A DNA stretch of 64,000 bases, from positions 104,598,937-104,662,936 of the forward strand of contig NC_057717.1 in the NCBI RefSeq assembly GCF_004010195.1, in the 5' to 3' direction. Position numbers and translations under genes: made by a program. This DNA is from Chiloscyllium plagiosum (lineage: Eukaryota). The notes below the pieces were generated by a model. The model did not search any database, had not been told where the DNA came from, and was given only the letters and a program-made list of their open reading frames with translations. Shown here piece after piece: positions 62,592-64,000 of this stretch (position 1 is the first letter of the stretch; each line of letters starts with the position of its first letter).

Positions 62592-62827
62592 GGGAGAAAG
62601 TGAGGACTGCAGATGCTGGAGATCAGAGTCGAGAGTGAGGTGCTAGGAAAGCACAGCAGGTCAGGCAGCATCTGAGGAGCATGAGGATCGACGTTTCGGG
62701 CATAAGCCCTTCATCAGGAATTCTTCTCTTTACAATTCTTGATGAAGGGCTTATGCCCAAAATGTCGATTCTCCTGCTTCTCGGATGCTGCCTGACATGC
62801 TTTGCTTTTCCACCACCATATCTCTAT
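62592..62827. mobile_element. Penelope-derived fold-back element with hammerheads (family of 504-713)
   Basis: The minus-strand core is intact at ~62689-62717; the plus copy is mutated (TTGATGA...AAAA). TSD TTTAACATTAATG at 62579-62591 and 62828-62840. Confidence 0.87.
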
Positions 62828-62844
62828 TTTAACATTAATGACCA

Positions 62845-64000
62845 ATTTCGGTTCTGACAGGGCCACTCAGCTCCTGACTTCATTACAGCCTTGGTTCAAA
62901 CATGGACAAAAGAGCTGAATTCCAGAGATGAGGCGAGAGGGACAGCCCTTGACATCAAGGCTGCATTCGGCCAAGTGTGGCACCAAGAAACCCTAGTAAA
63001 ACTGGAGTTAGTGGGTATCGGGGGCAAACTCTCTGCTGGTTGGAGTCATTCCTGACACATAGGAAGATGTTTGTTGTTGTTGTTGGAGGTCAGTCATCTC
63101 TGCTCCAGGACATTTCTGCAGGAATTCCTCAGGGTAGTGTGCTAGGCCCAACCACCTTCAGCTGCTTCATCAATGACCTTCCCTCCATTGTAAGGTCAGA
63201 ATGGGGATGTTCATCGATGATTGCACAGCGTTCAGCAACATTCATGACTCCTCAGATACTGAAGCTGTCCGTGGCTTAGGCTGACGAGTGGCAAGTAATA
63301 TTTGTTCCACTCAAATGCCAGACTATGTCTCTTGTTGGTGATGGTCAATCTAACCACTGCCCCTTAATTTTCAATTGGGTTACCATCACTGAATCCCCCA
63401 CTATCAATATCCTGGGGTTGCCATTGATCAGAAACTCAACTGAACTCACCACATAAACACAACGGCTACAAGAGCAGGCCAGAGGCTAGGAATATTGTGG
63501 CAAGTAACTTATCTCCTGACTCCCAAAAGCCTGGCCACTATCGACAATGCACAGTCAGGAGTGTGATGGAATACTCCCCACTTGTCTGGATGGATGCAGC
63601 CCCAACAATACTCAAGAAGCTTGACACCATCCAGGACAAAGCAACCTGCTTGATTGGCACTATATCCACAAGCACCCACTCCCTCCACCACTGATGCTCA
63701 GTATCAGCAGTGTGTACTATCTACATTTGCACTGCATCAACTCACTAAGGATCCTCAGACAACACCTTCCAAACCCACGACCACTTCCATCTAGAAGGGC
63801 AGCACTTATATGGGAACACCACCACCTTCAAGTTCCCTTCCAAGCCACTCACCATTCTGACTCAAATATATGGCTGTTCCTTCACTGTCGCTGGGTCAAA
63901 ATCCTGGAATTTCCTCTCTAATTGCATTGTGGGTCAACTGACAACAGGTGGACTGCAGCGGTTCAAGAAGGCAGCTCACCACCACCTCCTCAAGGGCAAC
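62845..64000 (+). mobile_element. L2/CR1-clade LINE RT fragment, decayed, running off the window end
   Basis: Motifs ALDIKAAF..VWH, WLESFLTHRKM.VVVGG, IPQGSVLGPTTFSCFINDL, VRSVMEYSPLVW...LKKLDTIQDKA. Confidence 0.85.

Noticed and set aside
56640..64000. Search for upstream CACNA1A exons (the His-rich exon 46 equivalent)
   Set aside because: No matching peptide was found by eye on the minus strand. It probably lies beyond the window, though a short exon could have been missed.

Overview
Vertebrate genomic DNA, very likely from a shark. The basis is HE1/V-SINE-, DeuSINE-, CR1/HER1-LINE- and Penelope-type repeats; the taxon is my inference. Two host genes face each other tail to tail. (1) An intronless immediate-early gene, IER2 (+, ATG 4049, stop 5000). 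It has a CArG/ETS/NF-kB/AP-1/TATA promoter, an internal 14-unit coding minisatellite (ECIQPR)n, and one extra G at 4414-4416 that breaks the frame. (2) The terminal exon of CACNA1A (Cav2.1; -, 56480-55860, ending ...DEDDWC). It keeps the tandem tag|GGCAG|TAG acceptor that switches between long and short C-termini in mammals, and has only (CAG)2 where human has the SCA6 polyQ. The rest is non-coding or transposon-derived: many CR1/L2/RTE fragments, one decayed near-complete CR1, SINEs, and at least 8 short Penelope-derived insertions. Most of these are fold-backs carrying minimal hammerhead-ribozyme cores, and many have clear target-site duplications. There are also two GC-rich minisatellites that seem to have grown from the same SINE motif, a 79-bp inverted templated insertion inside a LINE, and a 259-bp local duplication. 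I found no CRISPR, rRNA or tRNA genes. I found no clearly new biological system: the best leads are known mechanisms in a new context, not a new pathway. Repeat boundaries are approximate, and no database search was run.
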